Below the pieces are notes generated by a model. It saw only the letters and a list, made by a program, of their open reading frames with translations. It made no database searches and was not told the origin of the DNA. From the NCBI RefSeq assembly GCF_009914755.1, contig NC_060937.1: DNA of 64,000 nucleotides; one strand, written 5' to 3'. A program made the translations under genes and the position numbers. Positions 13,845-28,263 of this stretch are shown in pieces (the stretch's first letter is position 1; every line of letters begins with the position of its first letter). This DNA is from the human T2T-CHM13v2.0 reference genome, Homo sapiens.

Positions 13845-15520
13845 TAGGCTAGTTTTTAATCTCTCCTCGGTGTCCCTTATTCTTGCATAATTATAGATGT
13901 CTTTGAATATATAACTTTAAAATATTCCACTGATTAAAATAGAAGGTTGATAAATTATGTCAGTACAGTATTTTACTAGGTAAGTTGACCACTTTTTATC
14001 TTCAGTGATATCACAGAAAATAACTAAATCATTTTTCTGAGTTGAGGGAAGACAGTTTTTAGCTTACAGGAGCAATAGTAAGTTAGTTTGCCCAGGATGG
14101 CTGTCAGACCTCAGTCCTATTTTGTTATCCAGTAGAGACTCCAGCTGCTGCCCAGGAAAGGTGAGGGGGATTCTCTTGTACTTAAAGATGACTGTAAGAT
14201 TATTCACATGTATCATTGATAAATGTTTTTGTGTTACCTTTTTCCTCATTTGACAGTTCTGATTTTTAATGCAAACATTTAGTATTTAAAATAGGACTTT
14301 TCATGAAATGTTGCAAAATTGTAATTGGAAAGCTTGGCTATTACAGCCAAGTGACATATATCAGTTTAAACAAATACTTCAACATTTCAGTGACCGTATC
14401 AACTGTTCTTCTAGATGTCTGGTGAGAGACCTTCAAAAATTGAAGTCAGTCTTTACATATTCATAATTCCACTAATTTTCTTACACATTAATACTTTTCC
14501 TTAAAGCATTGCTTACTTACTGAACTTCATTTAAATTCTTCTTGTGGTTCTGCAGAGAGCTTTTGAGCCATCTACATCTCAGAACTTCTTCATTTTCTAC
14601 AGTTTTATGAATCATAGTACTGAGTCATTACCACAGGGATGCACCCTAATTCTCAAAAGCCGAGGTCTCAGGACTGATCTGATTCTGGCATGATTAAAAT
14701 AGAAAGAGCCTTCTTTTGCCAATTTTCTTTTTACAGTTCACACATTTATCTTTACTTGACCCTCTTTTAAGCTGTTTGAGAGTGAATTAACAGGCCTATA
14801 TTCCTCAGACTTCTCCCTTCAACGCAGCCCTTCACTGTACCCATTTCCTGCATTCGTTACTTGTCATGTACAGTATATCAGACTTTGATTATCTCTGATC
14901 CAGCAGCCTTAGTGTGGAAAAAAAACAATCTGTTACACCCAAAAGTAAGATTTGGGACTTCAAATGTGGTCTGAGTTTGGATTGTTTTCTGTAAGGAGTG
15001 GGGATCTTTAAAGCACTTCAAGAAGAAACACTTTACGATGGTGCAAGATTACAGAAGCCTTATCAGGGTTCGTAGATCATAGGACAGGGGTAGGGAAAAT
15101 GAGCCATCTGGAGGGAGTCAAGACAGCGCATTTGCGGGCTGTGATTTGCCTTTCTCTCTTCCCTCTGTAGTACTTTTAAAGACAAACAAAAAAACCCAAA
15201 CCACTGTCTTAAAGTAACTGTGAACAAATGGAAACAGCATAACCTGCTGTGGAAGCATAAGCATCTTTAGAGTATGTTTTGAGGCCCTGGCCTGCTTCTG
15301 GGCGAGGGATGGTAGGTGTGAGTTCCTCTGCGCCGCCTTTGCTTGTGCCCAGCTCTCTCTTCTCTCCGTGCTTCCTTTTCTCCTATTTAACCTTTTTTCC
15401 CTTAGATTGCTTCTCCATTGACCAAAGAGTGGTATAGGTAGCAGCTCAGATAACTCCTCTGATGCACAAGCCTCCCAGTTAAACTTACTTTAGAGATTTG
15501 GATTATTTTCTAGTAGTTCA

Positions 15521-15709
<189 letters not shown>

Positions 15710-16444
15710 TCAAGGCTGACCAAAGCCATGAGGGTGATGGGACTTGTGAAAGGACCACATGTAGAAGTTGAAGACAAGTAGCAGGTTCTTAAGAAGCATC
15801 CAAATTTGGAGGGTGCCTTATAATTAAAATAGCAAGTGTGATGTCAGTGCTTGTCCAATGTACACCCCACACACACTCACATTCACGTTGACTCATCCAT
15901 ATACACTCCCTTTTCTCCTTTTTCCTCCCTCCCTCTCTATGCTACCTTTCCCACTCCTGACCACAGGGAGCCAGGACTAACTGGAAGAAGCCTTCTATTA
16001 ATATATTCTTCCTTGTGGCAATTGCAACTCAGGCCCAGGATGACAAATGGTGTCTTAGGCCATTGTTAACACAGGGAGGTAGCGACCAGTTGACGTGTGA
16101 TTTTTAAATGCTCAGTGCAGAATAAATGAAATGATGCCATTGTCTTAATAAAGCTGGCAGATAGAATTGCCTTATAAAATTTATAAAAATAGCTATAAAA
16201 TTTTATTATTGCAACTTATGTTCTACCTGTAGGCAAAAATCTAGCCTCCTTTCAAAATGCGACCTCCTCACCTACCCCTGTCACTTCTGTGAACCATACA
16301 CTCCAACTACACACAATCCATTCCCAAACATCCACTTTCAGGATTCTGTATGATTGTGCAAACAAGTATTTTTCTTTAACAAACACACAGCACTTAGTAT
16401 GTACCAGACACTTGTGGTAGATTTTTTACTCTAGTATTTTTGTT

Positions 16445-16820
16445 TGTTCAAATATATTTGGTCAAAATATGTTCTGCCCCTCTCTACTGAAGCCCTCCCT
16501 ATAGGGCCTCTGCATGCCCTGTTGACATCAGGTTTTGTTGTTTGACTTACACTAGCCACTAAAATATGAACAGCAGTGACAAATGCTTCATCCAAGCAGA
16601 AGCTTGAAGAGCCACTGCCTGGTTCCACCATTGCTCTGTCCCCTTTGCCATGAGAAAAGCAGGGCCCGGAGAGGGGCAGCTCCTCAGACTCCAGAATGAA
16701 GAAGTCAAATGGAGCAGGGCTGTACCAACATGTAGCATGAACAGGAAAGAAATCTTTGTTATAAGCTACTGAAATTTGATAATTTGTTACCACAGTATAA
16801 CTTAGAAAAAGCTGACTAAT
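16445..16820 (+). mobile_element. MLT1-family MaLR LTR inserted into a MIR (approximate start)
   Basis: Typical MLT1 3' end taagctactgaaatttg...tttgttaccacagtataac...ctgactaata. Confidence 0.75.
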
Positions 16821-16940
16821 AGTACTCTTTTCTAAGCACTTTACAAACATTATTTTAATTAGCCCTCATAAAAACCTGAGGAACTACGGAATATTCTCCC
16901 TATTATAGATGAAGAAACTGAGGCACAGGGAAATTAACTA

Positions 16941-17257
16941 CAGTCATGCACTGCGTAACAACGTTTTGATCAACAACAGAGTGCGTATTCAGTGGTGGCC
17001 CTGTGGATTCTAATGGAGCATAGGTAGAAACCTGGTGTATGGCACTCAGTGTTGGCACTGCAGATCAAGTAGGGGAAATGACTGATATTCAGTCATGGTG
17101 CCAGAACACTTGATTTTCTGTATGAAAAAATATATATAAATGAAAATATATATCCCATCTAGGTTTGTGTAAGTACACTCTGTAATGTTCACACGATGAC
17201 CAGATCACATAACACATTTCTCAGAATGTGTCCTTATCATTAAGCAACACATGACTG
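16941..17257 (+). mobile_element. Tigger3/MER7-type DNA transposon MITE
   Basis: TIRs cagtcatgcactgcgtaac ... ttaagcaacacatgactg with TA flanks. Confidence 0.85.
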
Positions 17258-17292
17258 TAATTTGCCAAGAACACCAGGTAGCTGAAAAGTAG

Positions 17293-17643
<351 letters not shown>

Positions 17644-17809
17644 TATGTCTATGCTCTTAAAAGATAGCTTTGCATAACCACATGCAGTTTCTTCCAACTA
17701 TATCCCCTATTTCACTCACATATCCCTTCTTCTAGGAAGTCTTACTCATTTAAGTCCTGGCCCAACCCTTTTCCTGAGTCAGTCCTGACTTTATTTATGA
17801 GAGCTCTCC

Positions 17810-18660
17810 TCTTAAATTTTTAAGTGACAGTTTATAATTGTTGACTATAGGTATGGGGTTGTGCAGCGAATCTCTGGAGCTTATCGCTCTTGCTTAACTG
17901 AAACTTTATGCCTGTTGATTTTTAACTCTCCTTTTCCCTCTGCCCCCAGCCCCTAGCAACCACCATTTTACTCTCTGATTCTGTGAAATTGACTATCTTA
18001 TATACCTCATATAAGTGGAATCATGCAGTATTTGTCTTTCCGTGACTGGCTTGTTTCACTTAGCATATAGGTCCTCATGTTTCATCCATGTTGTTGCATA
18101 TTACAAAATGCCCTTCTTTTTGAAGGGCTGAATAGTATTGCATTGTATGCATGGACCACATTTTCTTCATCCCTTTGTCTGTTGATGGGCACTTAGGTTG
18201 TTTCCCCATGTTGGCTATTGCAAATAACATGGTGATGACATGAGAGTGCCGAGACCTCTTTGAGATCCTGATTCATTTCTTTTGGATGTATACCCAATAG
18301 TGGGATTGCTGGATCATATTAGTTCTATTTTTAATTTTTTGAGGAACCTCCATACTGTTTTCCATAGTTGCATCATTTGCATTTCTGCCAACTGTGCACA
18401 GGGGTTCCAGTTTTCCCCACATCCTAACCAACACTTGTCTTTTGGTGTTTTTTGTTTTTTTATAATAGCCATCCCAGCAGGTGTGAGGTGATACCACATT
18501 GTGGTTTTGATTTGCATTTCCCTGATGATTAGTGACATTGAGCATTTTTTCATGTACCTATTGGCCATTTGTATGTCTTCTTTGGAGAAATGTCTGTTTA
18601 GGTCCTTAGCCCATTTTTAAAACTAGGTTATTAGTTTTTTGGTATTGAATTGTAGGAGAG
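17810..18660 (-). mobile_element. L1M (L1MA-like) 3' end with ORF2 C-terminal remnant
   Basis: ORF 18314..18568 [30 protein letters not shown] matches the L1 ORF2 Cys-rich region. Confidence 0.9.
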
Positions 18661-19725
18661 TCCTTTTAGTTTATAGGAATTCTATGTTATTCTTCATAAT
18701 CTTCAGTGCCTAGCACAATGTCTACTTGATACACATTCTAAAAATAATTTTTTAGTTTAAAAACTTAATATTATCAAAAAATAATTTCTGTACTATAAAA
18801 CATTATACTACATGATTGTCAGGATGCTTACAATGTGTACTGCCTTACTAGGTTCTTGATGTGTTCTCTATAGTGGTAGAATACCTGGACTGCCTATTTT
18901 AAAGATAGGGAGGCTGAGTTTCAGGTTGCATGAATGATGGGTGGTAGAACCAGGACAAAGGCCAGGTGTTCTGCTCCAGGCCCAGTGAGTCCAGCACCTT
19001 ACACTGCACATCTCAAGGCTCTCATCCATGTCTCTTCCAGCCACGAGATGCACAGACAGAGTTATTCTTAAAGTTTCCCTTAGCCACACCACTAGGATGA
19101 GGCCCCATTCATCAGCAATGGAGACATGATTCTGGAGGGCAATCTTGGGTATGAAGAGGTTTTCAAAGTCCCCAGAGGCCCTGAAAAACACAATCGACAA
19201 CTTTTTGCAGCCTTCTGTGTGCTGACCAATAGCCAAGGAAAATTTTTTCTCATTAGCAGACTCTATTTTCTTCGTAATATGAAGAATGTGGCCTATAGCT
19301 ATGCTTTCTCTTCTAAAATCATCAAGATATTTAACTGGTCCTCTCTCCATGCTTGGTTAAAAACTCAGCTTAAACCTCACCTTCAGCAAACTCACTGTCT
19401 TGTATTTCTTGCATTGTCATACTCAATCTGAAGTAAAGAAACATTCAGAGAAAACTTAAAGGATAATTTAAAGTATATTAGGCTGGTATAGTAGTGTTAC
19501 TGAATAAAGGAAAAAGAAGTAGAGATAAGGAAGAGGTTGCCAAGAAACACCCGTACTTTTACATTGTAGAGATTACTGGTAGATTATCATGTCCGTTGCA
19601 GGACAGAACATTTTCCCATGGGTCTTCACATTGTCTTTTTATCAGGAAATTAAAATTTTTTCATCAGTTTTGATTATCTCTTTAAACTATATGTAGTTTT
19701 GGTTTTTGGTTTTTCTCTCTTTCTC

Positions 19726-19745
19726 TGTGTGTGTGTGTGTGTGTT
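19726..19745 (+). repeat. Short (TG)n microsatellite
   Basis: About 10 TG units after a CT tract. Confidence 0.85.
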
Positions 19746-21637
19746 TAAGTGTCCAGTGTTTGTCTTCGGGGACTGACTGTGTTGATATTTTCCTTCTGTC
19801 TTGATGATAGCCTCTGGGAAGGGACTATGGTAAAATTAACATGTCGTTTTGAATTTATTTATTATTTATAAACAACAGCATAGGATGTTATCAAAGGTCT
19901 TCCATGTTAGCTTATATTGATAGCTGAGAACATTTTCAAAGCAGCAGAAGTTTTTTGTTGTTAAAAGCTTGTTTTTGTTCTGCTAAAATCCTACCTCTTA
20001 TAAAATTTAAAAGATTTATGTATCTATTTGAGATCTTTCTAGATCTTCACATTCTTTTTTATTAAAAGATTCTTTTTCCCTTTTTTTGTTTATTAAGATG
20101 TTATTTACATACAATAGAACTCACCAATTTTAAGTGTATAGTTCGTTGAACTTTGGTAGTTATATACAGTCATGTACTCACCACCATAATCAATATGGAA
20201 AGCAGTCTCCTGACCATGAATGGTGGCTTCATGCCCCATGCTCTTTCCCCACATCCAGCTGCCAGCCGCAGGTAACCACTGATCTTCATGTAATTATAGT
20301 TTTGCCTTTGCTGGAATTTCATATACTTAGTATTGTATAATATGAAGTATTTTGTGTTTTACTTCTTTCACTTGAACATGAAAATTTCACCAATTTTTAA
20401 AATTAATTTTTCATTTATTATTGTATTAAGTAACAATTAATAGATTAAGTATTAATCTATAGTATGGATGCACCATACTTTGTTTATCCATTCACCAATT
20501 GGTGGACATTTGAGTTGCTTCCAGGTTTGGATTATTATGAATAATGCTGCTGTGAACATCTGTGTACACATTTGTGTGTGGACATATGTTTTCCTTCTTT
20601 AGGAACGGAATTGCTGGGTCATATGGTAAGTGTATATTTGACATTAGGAAATACTACCATGTTATTTTACAAAGTGGCTCTACCATTTTGCATTTCCACC
20701 ATCGATGTTTGAAACTTCCAAATTCTCTACACCCTTGTCAACACTTGGTATTGTCAGTTGTTTTAGCTTTAGCCGCTCTATTGGGTGTGTAGTGGTATCT
20801 TGTGGTTTTAATTTGCATTTCTCTAATGATTAGTGATGTTGAGCATTTTTTTTCATGTGCTTAGTGGTCATTTTCATATCTTTTGTGAAATATCTGTTCA
20901 AATCTTTTATCCATTTTGTTCATTGGGCTATTTATCTTCTAACTGACTTAAAATAATTCTTTATATATTCTAGATATAAGCTCTTTGTTGGACATGTTTT
21001 ATGAAAATTGTATTCTAATTTGTGGCTTGTCTGTTACCAAAAAGCAAAATTTTAAAATCTTGATTAATTCATTGTTAACTGGTTTTTAAAATAGTTTGTG
21101 CTTTTGATGTTCTATTTAAGAAATCTTTGCTAATCCAATGTCACAAAGATTTTCTCCTATATGTTCTTCAAGAATTTAATAGTTTCTGCTATTACATTTA
21201 GGTCTGTGATCCAGTTTGAGTATAATTCTTTTGAGGTAAAGGGTAAGATTTATTCTTTTCCACACAGATACTCATTTGTTCCATTACCAGTTATTGAAAA
21301 GACCCTTTTCTCATTGCATGACCTTGGCACCAAAACTCAGTTGACCAGTATAGGTTTATTTCTTGACTCTTTTCTTTCCCAGTTATCTATATGTCTGTCC
21401 TTACGCCAATACCACACTGCACTGATGACTACAGCTTTATGGTAAGTCTTGCAATCAGGCAATATAAGTCCTCCCACCTTGTTTTTCTTTTTTAAAACTG
21501 GTTTGCTTATTTTAGGACACTGACTTTTAATATACACTCTACAATCAGCCTGTAATTTCTTCAAAAAAAGGGGAAAAGAGTTAAGATTTTGCTTGTAATT
21601 GCGTTGAAACTTTAGATCAACTTGGGAAGGATTGCCA

Positions 21638-22184
21638 TGGTGATGGTTTTTAAATGTTTCCACAGATTCTTTTACACATCAAGAGGTGGAGCTTATTTTT
21701 CCTCTGCTAGCATTTGAGCTGTACTTGGTGATACTTATAATGAATAGAATGTGGCAAAAATGATGGAATGTGACTCCCAAGAGCAGATCATAAAAGACAC
21801 AGCTAGTCCTGTGTCTTTACTCTCTCCTGGATCTCTTGCCCTTGGGGAGCCCATCTACCATGCCATGAGGACTCTTAAGCAGACCTGTGGAGAGGTCCAC
21901 ATGGCCAACAATCGTGGCCTCCTGCCAACAGTCAGCACTAACTTGCTAGGTGTGTTTTTGAGCCACCTTGGAAGGTTATCCTCCAGTGCCAGTCAGGTCT
22001 TGAGATGAGTGCAGATAGGCTGACACCTTGACTGACTACAGCCTCATGAGAGACCTTGAGCCATAACCACTCAGCTAAGTTACTCCCACATTCCTGCCCC
22101 CACAGAAATTGGATAATAGATGCTTATTGTTTCAAGCCACTGAGTCTTAGGTAATTTGTTGCTCAGTAATCAACAGCTACTACA
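21638..22184 (+). mobile_element. MLT1 (F-like) MaLR solo LTR inserted in L1
   Basis: aagaggtggagcttatt...cagctaagttactccca...tttcaagccactgagt...ggtaatttgttg...ctactaca. Confidence 0.82.
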
Positions 22185-22419
22185 ACAATCTTAACAGTAT
22201 TGAGTTCTCCAATGCACGAACGTGATAAGTCTCTACGTTTATTTAGCTCTTCTTTAATTCCCCTTTGCAATTTTTAAATTTTCAATGTACAGGTCTTGCA
22301 CATCTTTCATTAGATGTATTTCTAAGTAATTCTGGTATGTTGATGCTATTATAAGTGGAATTGGTTTTATAAATGTTTTCCCAATTGTTTGTCACTAGTG
22401 TGTAGAAATACAGCTGATT

Positions 22420-22867
<448 letters not shown>

Positions 22868-25227
22868 TTATATGCTTCTTCTTTCCCAATTTGTACCTTT
22901 TATTTTTCTTTATTATACTAGCTAGGACCTCTAATAGAATATTAAATAAAAGTGGTGAATGGATATCCTTGCTTCTTCCTGGTCTTAGATGGAAAACGTT
23001 GAGTTTTTCACCATTGAGGCTGTATCTATAAATCCACAAATCTTTTAGAGCTTCACATTCACTTTTAGTTTGTTATTTTTCATCAAAGGTAAGAAATGAG
23101 TTTCAACTGAAATAAGCCCATATTTTTATTAATTTTTCATTTTTTGAATCCATTTAAGAAAGTGCATGTAACTTTTAAAGGAGGATGGTCCGCTTGTTAA
23201 AATGGATATTAGAAGGTGTTTGTTTACATATAAGAACCTGATGATGGTTTTCTCCATGTGCTAGAGACTCTAGTTGCCTTCCAGTATATTTTTTCCTTCA
23301 TAAGGGAAGGTTCGTTTTATTTGAGCCAGCAATGCCTCCAGCTGAGATCACATATCTCTTATCCTTCGCCTCTCAGTCTGACCACTGGTCTAAGTCCTGG
23401 CGTCCTGGCCATTGAGCTGTAAACACACATATTTGTGTGACTTCTGAGAAGGCTCCTTAAAGTCGCCTTTTGTCCTTTCTTATTTTTTTTCTTCTGGCTG
23501 CTTTGACTACAGTTAAGATGTTTGGAGCTTTTTAAATATGAAGGTGAAATAAACTTCTCTTGTATTTAAGCCACTGTTGTTTGAAGTTTTCTACTTAGCA
23601 TAGTTGACCTAATCCTCCTGATGCATGATTTCCCAAAAGGAAAAGCCTAGAGCAGGTTTCTAAGACAGTATGTGAGAAACGAATAATCTGTGATTAGTGT
23701 TATTACTTCTGTCTCTATTCCAATTTGGTTTTCCAAGAATCAGAAGGATATCCAGCATTTTAATTGGGTACCTCAAAATCTTTTAATTTAGTATCATTTC
23801 TCTTCCCTCATATGAGATAGAAAAGCTATAGAAAGTTCAATCTGAATCACTTTTGCACTTAAAGAATAGCAAGTCTCAGAGTAACTGCCAAAGGCACATG
23901 GTTCTGTCTGTCATGAAAAGAATAATCTTTTCAAAATGTATGACAAATGGCAGAAATAACTTTGGGAATCCCTAATTTGCATTCACATTCTTGGGGTAAT
24001 AAATTAGGGAATGTACAAAGTTCCCTTATGCTTTCTCTAACATTTTCATTGGAGAAGAAGGAATAGGAAAATGTAAGATGCATCAGGGCAGGGATTTTTC
24101 TGTTTTGCTCCTTACTATGTTTCAGTGTTTAGAACATAGGCTGGCACGTATTAGCATTGAGTAAATATTTGTGGAATGAATAAATGAGGTCTCGGTGGGT
24201 CTGGTTACCACAGGCCTTGAGGGCACATGAAGTCTATGTGCTGGGGCTCAGTTGCAAGGGGACATTTATTCCTTTGGCTGTTCCTTGTCATGCAGAGGCA
24301 ATATCATGCCCCTGGGAAAGCAGCCCCTAGGTTTGTCCTGTTGTCCCAGTAGATGGTCGGTTTCTTGAATGTGGGACCGGTGGTTGGCACAGCTTGCCTT
24401 GTGGGTTTTTGTTCAGCCACAGTTGGCCAAAGAAAGCAATCGACACCTGTGTGTCATTGCAAAGTCATAGTTTCTAACCTTTGCCTGTTGTGGTTTCAGG
24501 CTAGTACTAAACAGGACCAGAGGACAGTTGAAGTTTACTCTCTATAATCAAGAGTGTTTTGCATGTTTTCTACCCAGCAAATTAAATTATTTGCCTGATG
24601 AGCATTATTTCATGATTCCCTTCCTAAAAGGATGAAGCATCTGGAAAATCTGAAGAACCGTGTAATTGACGTCCATGTTTATTAGTGGACTAAGAGAAAA
24701 TCATTTCCTCTTGCCTTACATTCTCAGACTTACAGGGTCACAGCTTCTGCTGTTGGCATATGGGGGGCTGCTCCCTCTGACCTGGAGCCAGCGTGGGTCT
24801 TTGGCCTAGACTCTCAGCTGGACGTGGGCCAGGGGTTCTCTGGTTGCGTGACCATGTGTCCCCTTTCCTAGCCAGGGTTCCTGCTTCCTGTTGCCCAAGT
24901 GCTCAAACTCCAACTCGAGCTTGTCTTCCCGGGCATATGCTCTTTGTTCCTTTTTGCTTTATCTGATCGTCCTGCACTGACCCCTTGCCTGCCGGAGACT
25001 GCGCCACTGCTGCCTTCTTTTTCAGTGGCCCCTCCGTTTGCTCTTTGGCTTACCCAGGTCTGAGGGCCTGCAAGACCTCCTTGGTAGAGTTCCCCCAGCC
25101 CCCTGACACACAAATCCAACATATGGTCTTTTTCTAAAGCCTGCTTTTCAGAGGGTCTATGGATTTCAAGAAAACTCGCTCATTCAGAAGACCTAGTGTA
25201 AAAAAGGTTTATGAGATCATGAAAATT

Positions 25228-25431
<204 letters not shown>

Positions 25432-26219
25432 CTAAAAGCTTTTGGCAGTAATTAAGTGAAATCTAATGTAATTATTTTTGTCCCATCTTTCCATAGACTA
25501 GGGTTTTAAGCACTTTATATTTTAATCCTTTGTGAAAATCTAAAACATTGTGCAGTAGCACTTTATTTGACAACTTGAGGTCATGCTGGCGTGCCAGTGA
25601 CATGGACAAGTGAACTCTTTATCTTTTATCATATGGGAAAGTATAAACTTGGGACCAAAAAGAATGCATAACTTTCCAATTTCCTTTAAAAGGATCTAAG
25701 ATAATGTATTTATTTTTGTGGAGCATTTGTTAATTCACCATTCACCCAGGAAATACTTACAGTACTATGTGCCAGACACTGTTCTAAGTGCAGAGGCCAA
25801 GTAGTGATCAAAAGCAACCCAAATCTTCCCCATTCAGAGTTTACATTTAGATAGATGGGATAGAAATGTAAGCAGATGAACACAAAAGCCCAACTTCCCT
25901 GCCAGAATTTGCAGTCCTATTTTTGTTTATTACTGGGTGGGGTATCCATATTCTTCACAGAATGGTCCTGCTGAAATTGAATACATAGTTTTGTGAGTGT
26001 ATACTCACGTCTGATTGTCATTGTGGGGGCAGGGAAGGCATGGACAGGAGAGTGAAGATCTTTAACCTTCCTCAGTTTCTTAAGGGAGTCTGTGGCCTCC
26101 CCCCCATAAATTAAGAGCTTCTACCAAATTGTGAACTCCTTAAATACTGGCAAAAACTATGCATTTTCATTATATTTTTCTTAATTTATTTAAAAACCTG
26201 ATTTAAAAAAAATTAGCAA

Positions 26220-26497
26220 CAAGATCTTGCTCCGTCACCCAGGCTGGATGCATTGGTGCAATCATAGCTCACTACAACCTCGAATTCTTGGGTCAAGTGA
26301 TCCTCCCACATCAGCCTTCCAAGTATCTGGGACTACAGGCATGCACCACCATGCCCAGCTAATTCTTTTTATTTATTCTTATTTTTTTTTTAGAGATGGG
26401 GGTCTTGCTCTGTTGCCCAGGCTGGTCTTGAACTCCTGGCCTCTAGTGATCCTCCTGCTTCAGCCTCCTAACATGCTGGGATTACAGGCGTGAGCAC
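26220..26497 (-). mobile_element. AluJ
   Basis: atcatagctcactacaacc...aagtgatcctcccac...ctgggattacaggcgtgagc. Confidence 0.88.
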
Positions 26498-26593
26498 AGA
26501 AAAACCAACATTGTATTGTTGAGCTTTTAAGGTATATAGGTGTAAAATATGACAGAAGTAACGCAGTGGATGGGAAGACATTACATGGAACTG

Positions 26594-26777
26594 TAGTAAG
26601 TCTTAACCTTGTCAGTAGGTTCTTGGAAATTCCAACTTTAAGCAAAACATCATTCAAATAATGTCATTTCATTCAACGTCTTTTCATTACAGCATTGAGG
26701 AGACAAAATTATACTTTGTTTCAGTTAAAGTTGGAGTTTCCAAGAACCTATCAGTGAGTTAAGTGAGGACTTACTGT
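26594..26777. mobile_element. MER6-family (Tigger) palindromic MITE
   Basis: tagtaagtc...taggttcttggaaa ... tttccaagaacctatcagtgagttaagtgaggacttactg inverted termini. Confidence 0.72.
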
Positions 26778-26779
26778 AG

Positions 26780-27430
26780 GGTCTTGCAAGCTTCTCCTGT
26801 TTTACATGAAGTAATTCAGTATTAACTCCAAATATATTATGCTCAATTTTGAATGCATATTATAACCTCTAGGGCAAATATGAGGGGGAAAATACAGTGA
26901 TATATAGCTGAAAAAAACCAAAATACTAAATAATATTTGATAGCACAAAAGAACGTAGGAAAGGGGGAGTAAAGAGTAAGAAACAGATGAGACAGACAGA
27001 AACCAAATTGCAAAATCCAGCTATTCAAGCAAATACATTAAGTATGAATAATAGCTAAACACTCCAATCAAAAGGTAGAGATTGTCAGACTAATTTAAAA
27101 GAAAAAAAATTGCTATATGGTATCTACAAGACACACTTTAAATACAAAGACACAAAAAAAAGCCTGAAATTAAAAGGATGAAGATATATTATGGAGACAG
27201 TAACCATAAGAAAGCTGAAATGGCTGTTTTAAGATTAGACAAAGTAGACTTCTCTATGAGTATTACTAAAAACACAGCAGAATGCTTTGTTATGACGAAA
27301 GGGTCAGTTGTGTTTGTGTGCCTAATAACAGCGTCCACAAACAGGAACAGCTTCTAGATATATGAAGTTAAAATAGCTAATGGGAGCAATGAACAAATCA
27401 ACAATCACAGTTGAATACTTTGAGACCGAA
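26780..27430 (+). mobile_element. Old L1M fragment spanning the inter-ORF region and the start of the ORF2 endonuclease
   Basis: ctaaacactccaatcaaaaggtagagattgtcagact...ctacaagacacactttaaatacaaagacac resembles the ORF2 5' end. Confidence 0.75.
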
Positions 27431-28136
27431 AAATAAAAATGTTTAATTTTGTACTTCATTCAAATCTCACAGCTCTAATTTGTACTACATTTTTAATATT
27501 TTGTTATGTTTATAACATTTTGCTATCTTCTGCTGAATCAGCGTAATGCTGATATACACCCTATTTTCTGTTTTATATCAGATCTTCAGAAAAGGCATTT
27601 CTACTTCCTTGCCTCCAATTCATTACTGTTTTTTTTTTTCCATATTGACTTCATATGTCTCTCTTCATTAAAAATATATATTTGTTACAGAGAATGCCTC
27701 TGCCTACCCCCTACCCTGTCCCCCATCACCCCTCTACAGCAAAGACTGCTTTCTGTGATTCTGTAGTTACCGCAGACAGATGTGTGCACAAACGGCATAG
27801 ACTATTATTTTGTTGTCTGAAATTTTGCAGGAAGATGAGCGCAACATGTGATACCTTCTATGTGTATTTTTCATTCCACTTTAAACACATCAGTACACGC
27901 ACATGGAGTTCATCTGGATGGCTGTATAGTACTGTGTTGTATGAATAACCCACTCTGCAGCTGTTCCCCTCTTGGGGATGATTTGTTTCTGCTTCCTCTC
28001 TCTCTCATGCAGGGCTGCAGTGGAATGAGCCTCAAAGCTCTACTTGGTGTTGCCACATTGCTCCCCAGAGGCGCCATAGCTTCACCTTCCCTCGGGACTG
28101 TGTGAGAGTTCTCAGTTCCCTCCATCCTTACCAAAA

Positions 28137-28263
28137 CCTCACACCTGGAATCCCAGCACTTAGGGAGGCAGAGGCAGGAGGATCGCTTGAGCCCAGGAGT
28201 TCAAGACCTGCCTGGCAACATGGCAACACCTCATTCTCCACAAAATGGAAAAAAAAAAAAAAG
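28137..28263 (+). mobile_element. FLAM / Alu monomer
   Basis: ctcacacctggaatcccagcacttagggagg...poly-A. Confidence 0.85.

Noticed and set aside
18868-19431. Overlapping 160-aa (-) and 101-aa (+) ORFs
   Set aside because: No recognisable homology, no poly-A or TSD suggesting a retrocopy; the minus ORF ends in MIR-like sequence.
20440-20460. 9-bp AT-rich inverted repeat ATAGATTAA/TTAATCTAT
   Set aside because: Short and expected by chance in AT-rich L1 sequence.
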